A stretch of 64,000 nt of DNA from Vicinamibacterales bacterium. GTDB lineage: Bacteria; Acidobacteriota; Vicinamibacteria; Vicinamibacterales; G965249535. The translations under genes and the position numbers were made by a program. Position 1 is the first letter of the stretch. Each line of letters opens with the position of its first letter. Where the stretch lies: the NCBI GenBank assembly GCA_965249535.1, contig OZ252241.1, forward strand, positions 1,020,730-1,084,729, given 5' to 3'. The notes under the pieces are model-generated. The model saw only the letters and a program-made list of their open reading frames with translations, did not search any database and was not told where the DNA came from. Below are positions 20,441-30,126 of this stretch, piece after piece.

Positions 20441-21241
20441 ATGATACGAGGATTGCTTTTATGCACTTTGATCCTCTTTAGCTCTTCACTCGCGAGTGCT
20501 CAGTCAACTATCGCAGGTCTCACTCAGGATGATCTCGTCAATGGTGAACGGCTGTTCGAAGGTCAATGTGCCCGCTGTCATGGAATCGGTGGTACCGGTG
20601 GCGAAGGTCCTCCCTTGTCAAGACCTAGACTACGGCATGCTGTCGACGATGAAGTCCTCTTTACGCTTATTAAGGAAGGTATTCCGGGAACTGGAATGCC
20701 AGACACGTGGCAAATGAGCGACGCGGAAATCTGGCAGGTGGCCGGCTATGTCCGATCACTGGGAAGGACCGCACCGGAGTCCATTTCAGGAAACCCTGAC
20801 CAGGGCCAGATACTCTACGATGTGACCGGTTGCGCAAGCTGTCATATTGTCAATGGAAACGGAGAGGGTCTTGGTCCAGAGTTGACTGAAATCGGAGCAC
20901 TGCGGGGTTCTGATTACCTTCGTGAAGCATTGATAGACCCCAGTGCCACACTTCCAAAGGGTACTATCCCCTACTATACCTCGGGGTATTTAGAATACTT
21001 ACCAGTTCTGATTGTGACCAGAGATGGGCAACAGGTGCTCGGCATTCGGATCAACGAAGATACATTCACAATTCAGATCCGTGACGGCAACGGAAGATTT
21101 CGGTCCTTTAGGAAACACGAACTAACGAAAATCGAACACCAGCCTGATAAGAGCCCGATGCCCAATTATCGTGACCAACTATCAGCCACTCAACTGGACG
21201 ATTTGATTGCATACCTCGTGAATTTGAGAGGTGAACCATGA
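20441..21241 (+). CDS. Dihaem c-type cytochrome
   Basis: Two CxxCH sites (CARCHG, CASCHI). GGAG RBS before ATG 20441 and a signal peptide. The C-terminal segment (LIVTRDGQQVLG...SPMPNY..LSATQLDDLIAYL) resembles the Pirellula/Verrucomicrobium-type haem-binding domain. Confidence 0.85.
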   Translation: MIRGLLLCTLILFSSSLASAQSTIAGLTQDDLVNGERLFEGQCARCHGIGGTGGEGPPLSRPRLRHAVDDEVLFTLIKEGIPGTGMPDTWQMSDAEIWQVAGYVRSLGRTAPESISGNPDQGQILYDVTGCASCHIVNGNGEGLGPELTEIGALRGSDYLREALIDPSATLPKGTIPYYTSGYLEYLPVLIVTRDGQQVLGIRINEDTFTIQIRDGNGRFRSFRKHELTKIEHQPDKSPMPNYRDQLSATQLDDLIAYLVNLRGEP

Positions 21242-22830
21242 AACGTATCATCCTCCTTTTAATAGCTTCGTTCGTGGCCGCACAGGCGGCGTTTGCTCAG
21301 GTACCGTATGAACGGCTTCGTGATGCCCAGGATCAACCTGAAAGCTGGTTAACGTACTCTGGCAGCTACCGGTCTGATCGCTTCTCAAATCTTGACCAAA
21401 TAACACCTGAAAATACTGCCAACTTAAGAACAGCTTGGATATATCAGGTTCCTGATCTAAACATTGTCGAAACCACACCGCTGGTGGTAGACGATGTGAT
21501 GTATATCACTGAGCCGCACAGCCGTGTAGTAGCTCTCGACGCTAGATCTGGTCGCCTTCTTTGGAAATGGTCACCGACCATGTCCAAAGATCTCCGCTTC
21601 ATTGGATTCCCACCAGTTAATCGTGGCGTTGCAATTCTTGATGATACCGTGTTTGTCGGGACGCTCGATGCCCACCTCGTAGCACTAGACGCGAGGTCTG
21701 GTGCCGTTCGCTGGGATATCATTGTCGCTGACAACTCAACTGGCCACTCACTGACCGTAGCACCTCTTGCAATAGACGGAAAAATTGTTGTTGGGATTAG
21801 TGGTGGCGAAGCTGGCATCCGTGGCTTCCTCGACGCCTATGATGCGAAAACCGGCGAGAGGAAGTGGCGATTTTGGACCATTCCAGATCCAGACGATCCT
21901 GGTGCAGATACATGGGGAGGCGAAAGCTGGCGGACAGGTGGAGGTGCAACTTGGTTGACCGGGTCTTTTGATCCAGAACTCAATCTAATTTATTGGGGTG
22001 TCGGAAACCCGGCACCAGACTGGAATGGAGACGCCCGCCCTGGAGACAACCTCTACACTTGTTCACTTATTGCTGTCGATGCGGACACCGGAGAGCTCCG
22101 TTGGCACTTTCAGTATACACCGCACGACGTCCATGACTGGGACGCCAACCAAATCCCGGTACTGTTGGATACGACAATCGATGAACAGTCACGCAAACTA
22201 GTGGCAATGGCTAACAGAAACGGTTTCTACTATTTACTAGACCGTGAGACAGGTGAATTTCTTCTGGGTACGGAATACGCCAAACAGACGTGGGCTGAGG
22301 GTCTAGACACTCTGGGTCGTCCAATTGTTAAACCTGGCGTAGAACCAAGTGTCGAAGGAACCCTTGTCTATCCAAGCCTCCAAGGTGCGACAAATTGGTT
22401 CAGCCCGTCGTACAGCTCACAGACAGGACTCCTTTACGTTTCCGTCCGAGAGATGGGGTCACTTTATTTCAAGGGCGAGGCTGAATACATTCCAGGCACT
22501 TTCTTTACAGCAGGTGGTGAACAAGCATTGAGTGGAGACGATGCCTCAGGGGCTGTTCGAGCTCTTGACGTCAAGACAGGGGAAGTAAGGTGGAACTTCC
22601 CACTCTATTCACCACCATGGGCCGGCGTACTGTCAACGGCCGGTGGTTTGGTGTTTGGGGGTACAGAAGAGGGGAACTTCTTCGCTCTCGACGCTTTGAC
22701 TGGCGATGTAGCGTGGGAGTTCCAAACGGGCGGTAGCATCAGGGCTAACCCTATTTCCTTCAGCCTCGATGACAAACAGCACATAGCAATCGCTGCCGGG
22801 CAAGCGATATTTGTGTTTACCTTACCGTAA
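21238..22830 (+). CDS. PQQ-dependent dehydrogenase (methanol/ethanol-family-like quinoprotein)
   Basis: 530 aa with an ATGA overlap to the cytochrome gene and a signal peptide. N-terminal signature ESWLTYSGSYRSDRFSNLDQIT, and six A-x-D-x-x-T-G-x-x-x-W propeller motifs. Confidence 0.85.
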   Translation: MKRIILLLIASFVAAQAAFAQVPYERLRDAQDQPESWLTYSGSYRSDRFSNLDQITPENTANLRTAWIYQVPDLNIVETTPLVVDDVMYITEPHSRVVALDARSGRLLWKWSPTMSKDLRFIGFPPVNRGVAILDDTVFVGTLDAHLVALDARSGAVRWDIIVADNSTGHSLTVAPLAIDGKIVVGISGGEAGIRGFLDAYDAKTGERKWRFWTIPDPDDPGADTWGGESWRTGGGATWLTGSFDPELNLIYWGVGNPAPDWNGDARPGDNLYTCSLIAVDADTGELRWHFQYTPHDVHDWDANQIPVLLDTTIDEQSRKLVAMANRNGFYYLLDRETGEFLLGTEYAKQTWAEGLDTLGRPIVKPGVEPSVEGTLVYPSLQGATNWFSPSYSSQTGLLYVSVREMGSLYFKGEAEYIPGTFFTAGGEQALSGDDASGAVRALDVKTGEVRWNFPLYSPPWAGVLSTAGGLVFGGTEEGNFFALDALTGDVAWEFQTGGSIRANPISFSLDDKQHIAIAAGQAIFVFTLP

Positions 22831-22961
22831 CTTAGTCACTTCACCCGATGGTGCTTCGAACATTCTAAGTCGTCAATCACTAGGCGGCGGGACGAAAAAT
22901 TCAAACTATTATCAAGTGTCCAGAATTTCACTTTCAACGGAAAGGTACCCCACGAAACCAA

Positions 22962-23891
22962 ATGTGCGGAATAGCTGGTTATTTCGATAAGAGACCAGGT
23001 GGTCAAGCCTCCGTCGGTGGCCTCATCCTATCGATGCTCACCGCGCTAGAACGACGAGGACCAGACTCGGCTGGAGTCGCCCTTTATGGAGCATCACCCG
23101 GAGTGGTGCTACGGACTAAACTTGGGGAAAGCGGTGATCTTGTAAAGCGAGCAACCGCTGTTACGAACCTGGTGCGGACGTTCGCCAAAGTCACTAACCA
23201 GCAGATACAAGATCGCTTCTTACGACTCGTAGTGGACTCCTTACAAGATGTACGGTGCCTGGAACGTGCTATCGAATCGGTTCATCCAGATATTGAGTTA
23301 GTAAGTGCCGGACGTTGTCTGGAGCTTGTGAAACAGGTGGGAACGCCAGCCGATCTCGAAACCTCATTCGCCGTGTCTCAATTTAAGGGCACGCACGGAA
23401 TTGGTCACACGCGCCTCTCCACAGAGAGCCGTGTCGATCTTTCTCACTCACAACCTTTCTGGTCTCATGGCACATTAGATCTAAGTCTGGTACACAACGG
23501 CCACATTACTAACTACCACAAACTTCGTCGACAGTACGAACAGAATGGAATCCGTTTCTACACTGACAATGACTCTGAAATTATTGGCATCTACCTCTCT
23601 CGACAGATGGAATCCGGCCTCGGATTCGAAGAAGCTCTCCTCTCGTCGCTAGACGATCTAGACGGGAGCTTCTCGTACGTGGCTGCGACAGCAACTTCAT
23701 TCGGCTACGCGAGGGATTGTTTTTGTCTAAAACCTCTAATCGTCACAGAAAATGATGCCTTCGTAGCCATCGCCACTGAAGAGATCGCCTTAAATCATAC
23801 CTTCACAGAAAAATTAGATAGCCGTGAACCCACAAATAAACACGTAAGGGTGTGGACGGTTCCTGGTAAAAGCGAGAACTCTGATGCGTGA
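22962..23891 (+). CDS. Class-II (Ntn) glutamine amidotransferase, MgsA/GlxB-like
   Basis: 309 aa beginning MCGIAGYF (catalytic Cys after Met). Size and position match the first gene of mgsABC/glxBCD clusters. Confidence 0.8.
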   Translation: MCGIAGYFDKRPGGQASVGGLILSMLTALERRGPDSAGVALYGASPGVVLRTKLGESGDLVKRATAVTNLVRTFAKVTNQQIQDRFLRLVVDSLQDVRCLERAIESVHPDIELVSAGRCLELVKQVGTPADLETSFAVSQFKGTHGIGHTRLSTESRVDLSHSQPFWSHGTLDLSLVHNGHITNYHKLRRQYEQNGIRFYTDNDSEIIGIYLSRQMESGLGFEEALLSSLDDLDGSFSYVAATATSFGYARDCFCLKPLIVTENDAFVAIATEEIALNHTFTEKLDSREPTNKHVRVWTVPGKSENSDA

Positions 23892-24589
23892 GTAACACTA
23901 TGTGTATAGTGGACTGTTCAAACAAAACGACGCGACAAATCAATCGTGAGATTCGTCGATACATCGAGACAAGTCAACCAGAAATCTTGCTTAAACATTC
24001 GGGAGGTCGCCACAACCTTGCTGTCGCGATACTCGATCCTGTCCGGATTATTATCGAGGAAAGTGTCGGATACTATTGTGCAGGATTGATCGACGGTCCC
24101 ACTGTCGAAATTCGAGGCTCAGCAGGTTGGGGTTTGGCTGAAGGTATGATGAGGGGTACCGTAACCGTAGACGGAAATGCCGGAAACGGTGCGGCGGCGG
24201 CTATCCGTGGGGGAACAGTTGTTGTTCGGGGAGACGCCGCGGCGCGCGCCGGTATCTCTATGAAGGGTGGACGTCTGATCATTCAAGGAAATGCAGGGTA
24301 CATGAGTGGATTCATGGCCCAGAAAGGAACGATCATTATCCTCGGTGACGCCCATGGAGCGCTCGCTGACTCCATGTACGAAACTCAAGTGTTCATTGCA
24401 GGTCGAATTACCGACCTTGGAAATGACGCCGTTATCGAAAAACCCAGTAAAGCTGAATTGCAAGAAATCGATTCCACACTAGATCGTTTCGCTCTCCCAA
24501 GACCGAAGAACTTCCAGAAGATAATCTCTGGCCGTAAACTCTGGAACTTTGATAAAAGAGACTATGACTCATGGAAAGAAGCCCTCTAG
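23888..24589 (+). CDS. GXGXG-motif protein (glutamate synthase alpha-subunit C-terminal-domain fold), MgsB/GlxC-like
   Basis: 233 aa. Repeated Gly-rich beta-helix units (RGSAGWGLAEGM, GNAGNGAAAAIRGG, RGDAAARAGISMKGG, QGNAGYMSGFMAQKG). GTGA overlap with the upstream gene. Confidence 0.8.
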   Translation: MSNTMCIVDCSNKTTRQINREIRRYIETSQPEILLKHSGGRHNLAVAILDPVRIIIEESVGYYCAGLIDGPTVEIRGSAGWGLAEGMMRGTVTVDGNAGNGAAAAIRGGTVVVRGDAAARAGISMKGGRLIIQGNAGYMSGFMAQKGTIIILGDAHGALADSMYETQVFIAGRITDLGNDAVIEKPSKAELQEIDSTLDRFALPRPKNFQKIISGRKLWNFDKRDYDSWKEAL

Positions 24590-25893
24590 AGGTGCTGCGT
24601 CCGAGTGGAATTTTCTCACGGGACGTCATCGAAGACATTCAGATTAAAGCTGAGCTCGGACGCTACCGAATTCGTGGCTTCGGAACATTGCGCCAGCGTC
24701 CTCTTCCTTCGTTCGACGACCTCACTTTTATTCCTGGCACCCTAACCAGAGTTCCACTTGAGGGTTATCGGGAAAAGTGTGTCACTAAAACGATCTTGGG
24801 TAGCCGTTTCGCTGAACATCCCATAGAACTCGACATCCCAGTCATGATAACTGGAATGAGTTATGGAGCACTTTCGTACAACGCTAAAGTGGCTCTCGCA
24901 CAAGGCGCTACCAAAGCTGGAACATCAACAACTACTGGTGATGGCGGAATGCTACCGGCTGAACGTGAGTATTCAAAGGTGCTCATCTACGAAGTGCTGC
25001 CGAGCAGGTACGGCTTGGATGTCCATCACCTGAAATCAGCAGATGGTATCGAAATCACCGTTGGACAAGGTGCGAAACCAAGTACGGGAGGATTACTACT
25101 CGGCGCAAAAGTCTCTAAAACCATCGCGAAGATGCGGGACCTGCCGGAAGGAGTTGATCAACGGAGCCCATGCCGTCACCCTGAGTTTCTCGGGCCTGAT
25201 GATTTGATCCTTAAGATTGAAGAATTCCGTGAGGCCACGGATTGGCAAGTTCCAGTTTTTGTCAAAATGGGAGCGACTCGTACGTACGACGACGTAAAGT
25301 TGGCTGCTAAAGTCGGTGCCGACGTTATCGTGGTAGACGGTATGGAAGGTGGTACTGGGGCTTCACCAGATCTTCTTATGGACCATACTGGAATCCCAAC
25401 ATTGGCAGCAGTTTGTGAAGCAAGGCGTGCTTTAGAAGAGTTAGGTCTATACGGGAAGGTTGGACTAATAATCGCCGGAGGCATTCGAAACGGAACCGAC
25501 GCAGCAAAGGCAATCGCACTCGGAGCTGATGCCATTTACATTGGCACGGCTGCACTAATCGCACTGAATTGCAACAAACCTACTTATCTAGAGGATTACC
25601 GGAAGCTCGGCACAGAAGCCGGTGCCTGCCATCACTGTCACACGGGTCTTTGTCCTGTCGGAATTACGACACAGGATCCTCAGCTCATGGAACGACTACC
25701 GATCCCAGACGCATCTGAACGGGTGGCAAATTTTCTCCAGGCAATGACTCTCGAAATTCAGATGCTGGCACGGGCTTGCGGAAAGAGAAACGTTCACGAC
25801 TTGGAACCGGAAGACCTTCGAGCCCTCACCATCGAATCCTCAGCCATCACCGGTCTACCGCTCGTCGGGACCAACTGGGTTCCTGGACGTTGA
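24571..25893 (+). CDS. FMN-binding glutamate-synthase-family protein, MgsC/GlxD-like
   Basis: 440 aa. GQGAKPSTGGLL, VVDGMEGGTGASP and IAGGIRNGTDAAKA are typical of the GltB FMN domain. Confidence 0.85.
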   Translation: MERSPLEVLRPSGIFSRDVIEDIQIKAELGRYRIRGFGTLRQRPLPSFDDLTFIPGTLTRVPLEGYREKCVTKTILGSRFAEHPIELDIPVMITGMSYGALSYNAKVALAQGATKAGTSTTTGDGGMLPAEREYSKVLIYEVLPSRYGLDVHHLKSADGIEITVGQGAKPSTGGLLLGAKVSKTIAKMRDLPEGVDQRSPCRHPEFLGPDDLILKIEEFREATDWQVPVFVKMGATRTYDDVKLAAKVGADVIVVDGMEGGTGASPDLLMDHTGIPTLAAVCEARRALEELGLYGKVGLIIAGGIRNGTDAAKAIALGADAIYIGTAALIALNCNKPTYLEDYRKLGTEAGACHHCHTGLCPVGITTQDPQLMERLPIPDASERVANFLQAMTLEIQMLARACGKRNVHDLEPEDLRALTIESSAITGLPLVGTNWVPGR

Positions 25894-26025
25894 GTGCTGG
25901 ATCTCACGGTAGGTGTGGACGAGTTAGTTCTTCACCGCGGCTCACATCGGAGAGAAAAAATCTGATCATATCTAATTAGACATTCTATAGCAGTTGACGG
26001 CAGGCTCGAAGTGAGGAAGTAATCC

Positions 26026-27384
26026 ATGATGAAAGAAGAAGTCAAAAACAGACTTGAAAAAGACAAAGCGAGTTACCTGTTAGCACAGTACGTAGACATC
26101 CACGGCACTCCACGATGCAAAGGGATTCCAGCGCGGGCATTTGACAATTTCGTTAATGGAAGTGCTGGATTCGCTGGTGCCGCAGTCTGGGGAATGGGTC
26201 AAGGACCACACTCTAATGACATGATCGCCATTCCAGATCTAGATACTTATACGCCACTACTCTGGGAAGATGGGGTGGTTCGCTTTGCCTGTGACATACA
26301 AGTGAACGGAAAGGAATGGCCTTACTGTTCGCGTACCATCCTCAAGCGAGCCATCAATGACCTCTACCGTGAGGGCTACGTGATGATGGTAGGAATCGAA
26401 GCCGAACATATGCTAGTTACACGTAAAGACGACGGGACTTTGAGGCCATTTAATCCTGATGGATTCGACACAATGAAAAAACCCTGTTATGACTTCAAGA
26501 GTCTGGCAGCCAACATGAAATATCTACGAACCTTGATCGACTATATGGAAAGACTCGGCTGGGGACCTTACGCTTCTGATCACGAAGATGGTAATGGTCA
26601 GTACGAAGTTAATTGGAATTTTTCTGATGCACTTACTTTAGCCGACCGGTACACTTTCTTCAAAATGATGACCAGTCAAGTCGCACGTCGGTTCGGAGCA
26701 ATTGCTACACATATGCCAAAACCCTTTGCTCATCTTACAGGCAACGGTAGCCATCTCCATTTTTCGCTCTGGGATCCGACTGAAAAGACCAATCTTTTTC
26801 GAGATGACAAGGATAAACGTGGTCTTGGTATGTCAAAGCTTGCCTACCACTTCCTCGGAGGACTAATTTCTCATGCGCCAGCTCTCACATGCCTGGTGGC
26901 ACCTACGGTGAACTGTTACAAACGTCTATCGGTTGGTGAATTGTTGACAGGGGGTTCATCAGGTTTTTCATGGACTCCAGCATGCATTAGCTACGGTGGC
27001 AACAACAGAACTCAAATGTTTCGGGCTCCTGAATCTGGTCGATTCGAATGTCGCACGGTTTCTGGTGCCGTCAACCCATACCTAGGCATAGCCGCTTTCA
27101 TAACTGCTGGACTTGATGGTCTTCGGAAGAAAATTGATCCTGGTGAACCGAATACTACTAACCTTTACGACCTCACCTTAGAGGAGATAGCACAGCGGAA
27201 CTTGCGGTTCATTCCTCAGAGCCTAGATGAGGCTCTCGGTGAATTCGAAAAAGATGAAGTGATACAATCCTCCTTGGGACCTGCACTAACGAATGAATTC
27301 CTACAGGTAAAAAAACGGGAATGGATCCAATACCATAGCAGGATCTCACCTTGGGAAGAGGAGGAATATCTAACCCGTTTTTAA
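26026..27384 (+). CDS. Type III glutamine-synthetase-like ligase (GmaS/GlnT-like)
   Basis: 452 aa. GS catalytic-domain motifs (HMPKPFAHLTGNGSHLHFSLW, NCYKRL, GGNNRTQMFR). It follows the mgsABC-like genes directly. Confidence 0.8.
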   Translation: MMKEEVKNRLEKDKASYLLAQYVDIHGTPRCKGIPARAFDNFVNGSAGFAGAAVWGMGQGPHSNDMIAIPDLDTYTPLLWEDGVVRFACDIQVNGKEWPYCSRTILKRAINDLYREGYVMMVGIEAEHMLVTRKDDGTLRPFNPDGFDTMKKPCYDFKSLAANMKYLRTLIDYMERLGWGPYASDHEDGNGQYEVNWNFSDALTLADRYTFFKMMTSQVARRFGAIATHMPKPFAHLTGNGSHLHFSLWDPTEKTNLFRDDKDKRGLGMSKLAYHFLGGLISHAPALTCLVAPTVNCYKRLSVGELLTGGSSGFSWTPACISYGGNNRTQMFRAPESGRFECRTVSGAVNPYLGIAAFITAGLDGLRKKIDPGEPNTTNLYDLTLEEIAQRNLRFIPQSLDEALGEFEKDEVIQSSLGPALTNEFLQVKKREWIQYHSRISPWEEEEYLTRF

Positions 27385-27458
27385 GTTCAACTAATGCAGC
27401 AATGAAAATGTCTTCAACAACTGCAGTCCCGGCACTCTAATCAACAAAGGAGATTCTA

Positions 27459-27860
27459 GTGGAACGGCGGACCATTAATCCATGGACTTGGCAGGATCAG
27501 CACGGATTCGAACAGGCGATTGAAATCGCTGGAGCTAGCCGTACGCTCATCTGTTCCGGTCAGACAGCAATTGATAAAAATGGGCATTCAGCTCACGCAG
27601 GAGACATTGGAGCCCAAACAAAACTCGCCCTCGACAACTTGGAAACAGTGCTGACTAAAGCAAGTTTTACTCTATCTGACGTTGTACGGATGACCATCTA
27701 CACTACGGATGTTGACGCATATATTGGAAAAGGAGGTTCAGAATCACTCACGATTCGGTTAAACTCAGCCGGCTGTAAATCGGCACAAACACTGATAGGC
27801 GTGGCCAGATTGGCCTTCCCAGAATTGATGGTTGAGATCGAAGCAACGGCAATGAAGTGA
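27459..27860 (+). CDS. ridA: RidA/YjgF-family reactive-intermediate deaminase
   Basis: 133 aa with an AGGAG RBS before the GTG start. SGQTAIDKNG...DIGAQTKLALDNLETVL...RMTIYTTD and a C-terminal MVEIEATA. Confidence 0.8.
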   Translation: MERRTINPWTWQDQHGFEQAIEIAGASRTLICSGQTAIDKNGHSAHAGDIGAQTKLALDNLETVLTKASFTLSDVVRMTIYTTDVDAYIGKGGSESLTIRLNSAGCKSAQTLIGVARLAFPELMVEIEATAMK

Positions 27861-28005
27861 CTCGATTACAACAAATTCTGGGAAGTGTGTCTCACAAAAC
27901 CGACGCCATGCTTAAAGATAACGAACCGAGAATTTTCATTTTCTGCTTTTCTGGATTTTAAAAATATTTCTTACTGAAAACCATTGTTCGAGTCAGATGA
28001 GAGTA

Positions 28006-30096
28006 CTATCCGTTAATCCCAGCAAGGTCGAGTAAGAAGGCATAGTTCAAGGCAGTCTCACGGTAGCGCTTGTAGCGTCCTGATGCGCCACTATGACCAG
28101 CGTCCATATTCGTTTTCAAGATCACCAGATTTTGATCTGATTTTACTGCTCGTAACTTAGCGACCCATTTCGCTGGCTCCCAATACTGCACCTGAGAATC
28201 ATGCAACCCAGCCGTAACTAGGATATATGGATATCGCTTATACTCAACGTTGTCGTAGGGTGAATACGAAAGCATGTAATCAAAATATTCTCGATCATTT
28301 GGATTACCCCATTCATCGTATTCACCTGTCGTCAATGGAACATCTTCGTCAAGCATCGTAGTAACCACATCAACAAATGGCACCAGTGCAAGCACACCTT
28401 TAAAAAGTTCAGGACGCATGTTCAAGACCGCACCTACTAAGAGACCTCCAGCGCTACCGCCCATGGCAAATAGACGATCTGAGCTCGAGTAGCCCTCTTG
28501 AATGAGGTGATCAGCACAAGCAATGAAGTCAGTAAAAGTGTTCTTCTTGTTGAGAAGCTTTCCATCTTCATACCAAGACCGACCGAGTTCCTGTCCCCCT
28601 CTGACATGCGCGATTGCGTATGTGAAACCACGATCAATCAGACTTAATCGGGGAGAACTAAAAGTTGAATCGAGACTAAGACCATAGGAACCATAGCCGT
28701 AAAGTAACAACGGCCTTCCCCCATCCCGCATAAATTCTTTTCGATACACCAGCGAAATTGGAATTTTTGTTCCATCAGCAGCTGTCGCATACACACGATC
28801 AGTCACGTAGTCAGTAGCGTTAAATCTACCTAGAATCTCATCACGTTTTAGTAAAACATTTTTTCTCGATATCATGTCGTAGTCATAAATGGAATTTGGC
28901 GTGGTCATCGACGTGTAGCCATATCGAAGGACATGCGTGTTCTGCTCTGGATTATCACCAATATATGTAGAGTAAGTCTGTTCCTGGAAGTTAAGATAGC
29001 GCTCTCTCTGACCAGACCATTCCTGGATGCAAATCCTGGTTAGTCCTGCCTCTCTCTCATGAAGCACCAAATGATCCTTAAAGATCTCTATGCCGGCTAA
29101 CAGTACACCTGGCCGGTGAGAAACAACCTCATGCCAATGTGATACCCCAGTGTGTTTTATCGATGTTTCTATTAATCTAAAATTTTTCGCGTTGAGATTA
29201 GTACGAACGTAAAACTTATCCCCTTTGTGATCCACATGGTATTCGTGCTCACGAGATCGAGATAAGAATAATGTGAAGGACCCAGTAGAGCCATCAGCCT
29301 CCAAATCCAAGAACCGATACTCTGTTGAAACCGTTTGAGTCGATACCACCATCATGTACTTCTTAGATTTAGTTTTGAATACTGATGTAGTAAAGGTCTC
29401 GTCCGTCTCTTCGTACACGAGTTCGTCTTCTGACACGTCTGTTCCAAGTGAGTGACGGTAAACGCAATTCGGTCTTAAAGTTTTTGGATCCTGTTTTACG
29501 TAGAAAAGCGTACGGTTGTCGTTTGCCCAGGCTATGTTGCTGGTCACGTTTGGAATAACATCGGGGAGAAACTCGCCTGTCTCTAGATTCCTGAACTGAA
29601 TGGAACAAATCAGACGTCCCACAGTGTCCACCGCATAGGCTAGGATGTTTTGACTGGAGCTAATCGCATGGTTCTCAACAGCATAGAAATCATACCCTTT
29701 CGCCATGACGTTAACATCGAGTATCGTTTGCTCCGCACCATCCAAAGTTTCTTTTTTGCGACAATAGATTGGATATTCTTTTGATTCCTCGAAGCGCATG
29801 TAGTAGTAGTAATTTCCCTGCCTATAGGGTACAGACATGTCAGCCTGTTTAATCCGCTCCTTGATCTCTTTAAACAACAACTCTTGTAAGGGTTCAGTAT
29901 GCGCCATCACGCTCTTGCAATAATTATTTTCCTCCTTAAGGTGGTTGACGACTTCTTGTGTATGCCGCTCGCAAAGCCAATAATAGGGATCAACTCTAAC
30001 TTGGCCGTGTTTTACTAGCTTTGTCAGAGAAACTCTTGCCAGTGGGGGCTTGACTCTATTCGCTGCACGTCTTGACGAGGTATTTTGTAAAGCCAC
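28006..30096 (-). CDS. ptrB: Oligopeptidase B (S9A prolyl-oligopeptidase family)
   Basis: 696 aa. N-terminal DPYYWL, a beta-propeller region, catalytic Ser in GGSAGGLLVGAV, and a C-terminal DAGHSGASGRY. Confidence 0.8.
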   Translation of the reverse strand: MALQNTSSRRAANRVKPPLARVSLTKLVKHGQVRVDPYYWLCERHTQEVVNHLKEENNYCKSVMAHTEPLQELLFKEIKERIKQADMSVPYRQGNYYYYMRFEESKEYPIYCRKKETLDGAEQTILDVNVMAKGYDFYAVENHAISSSQNILAYAVDTVGRLICSIQFRNLETGEFLPDVIPNVTSNIAWANDNRTLFYVKQDPKTLRPNCVYRHSLGTDVSEDELVYEETDETFTTSVFKTKSKKYMMVVSTQTVSTEYRFLDLEADGSTGSFTLFLSRSREHEYHVDHKGDKFYVRTNLNAKNFRLIETSIKHTGVSHWHEVVSHRPGVLLAGIEIFKDHLVLHEREAGLTRICIQEWSGQRERYLNFQEQTYSTYIGDNPEQNTHVLRYGYTSMTTPNSIYDYDMISRKNVLLKRDEILGRFNATDYVTDRVYATAADGTKIPISLVYRKEFMRDGGRPLLLYGYGSYGLSLDSTFSSPRLSLIDRGFTYAIAHVRGGQELGRSWYEDGKLLNKKNTFTDFIACADHLIQEGYSSSDRLFAMGGSAGGLLVGAVLNMRPELFKGVLALVPFVDVVTTMLDEDVPLTTGEYDEWGNPNDREYFDYMLSYSPYDNVEYKRYPYILVTAGLHDSQVQYWEPAKWVAKLRAVKSDQNLVILKTNMDAGHSGASGRYKRYRETALNYAFLLDLAGING

Positions 30097-30126
30097 TAGG
30101 ATTTCATTGCTCGTAGAGGATACTGG

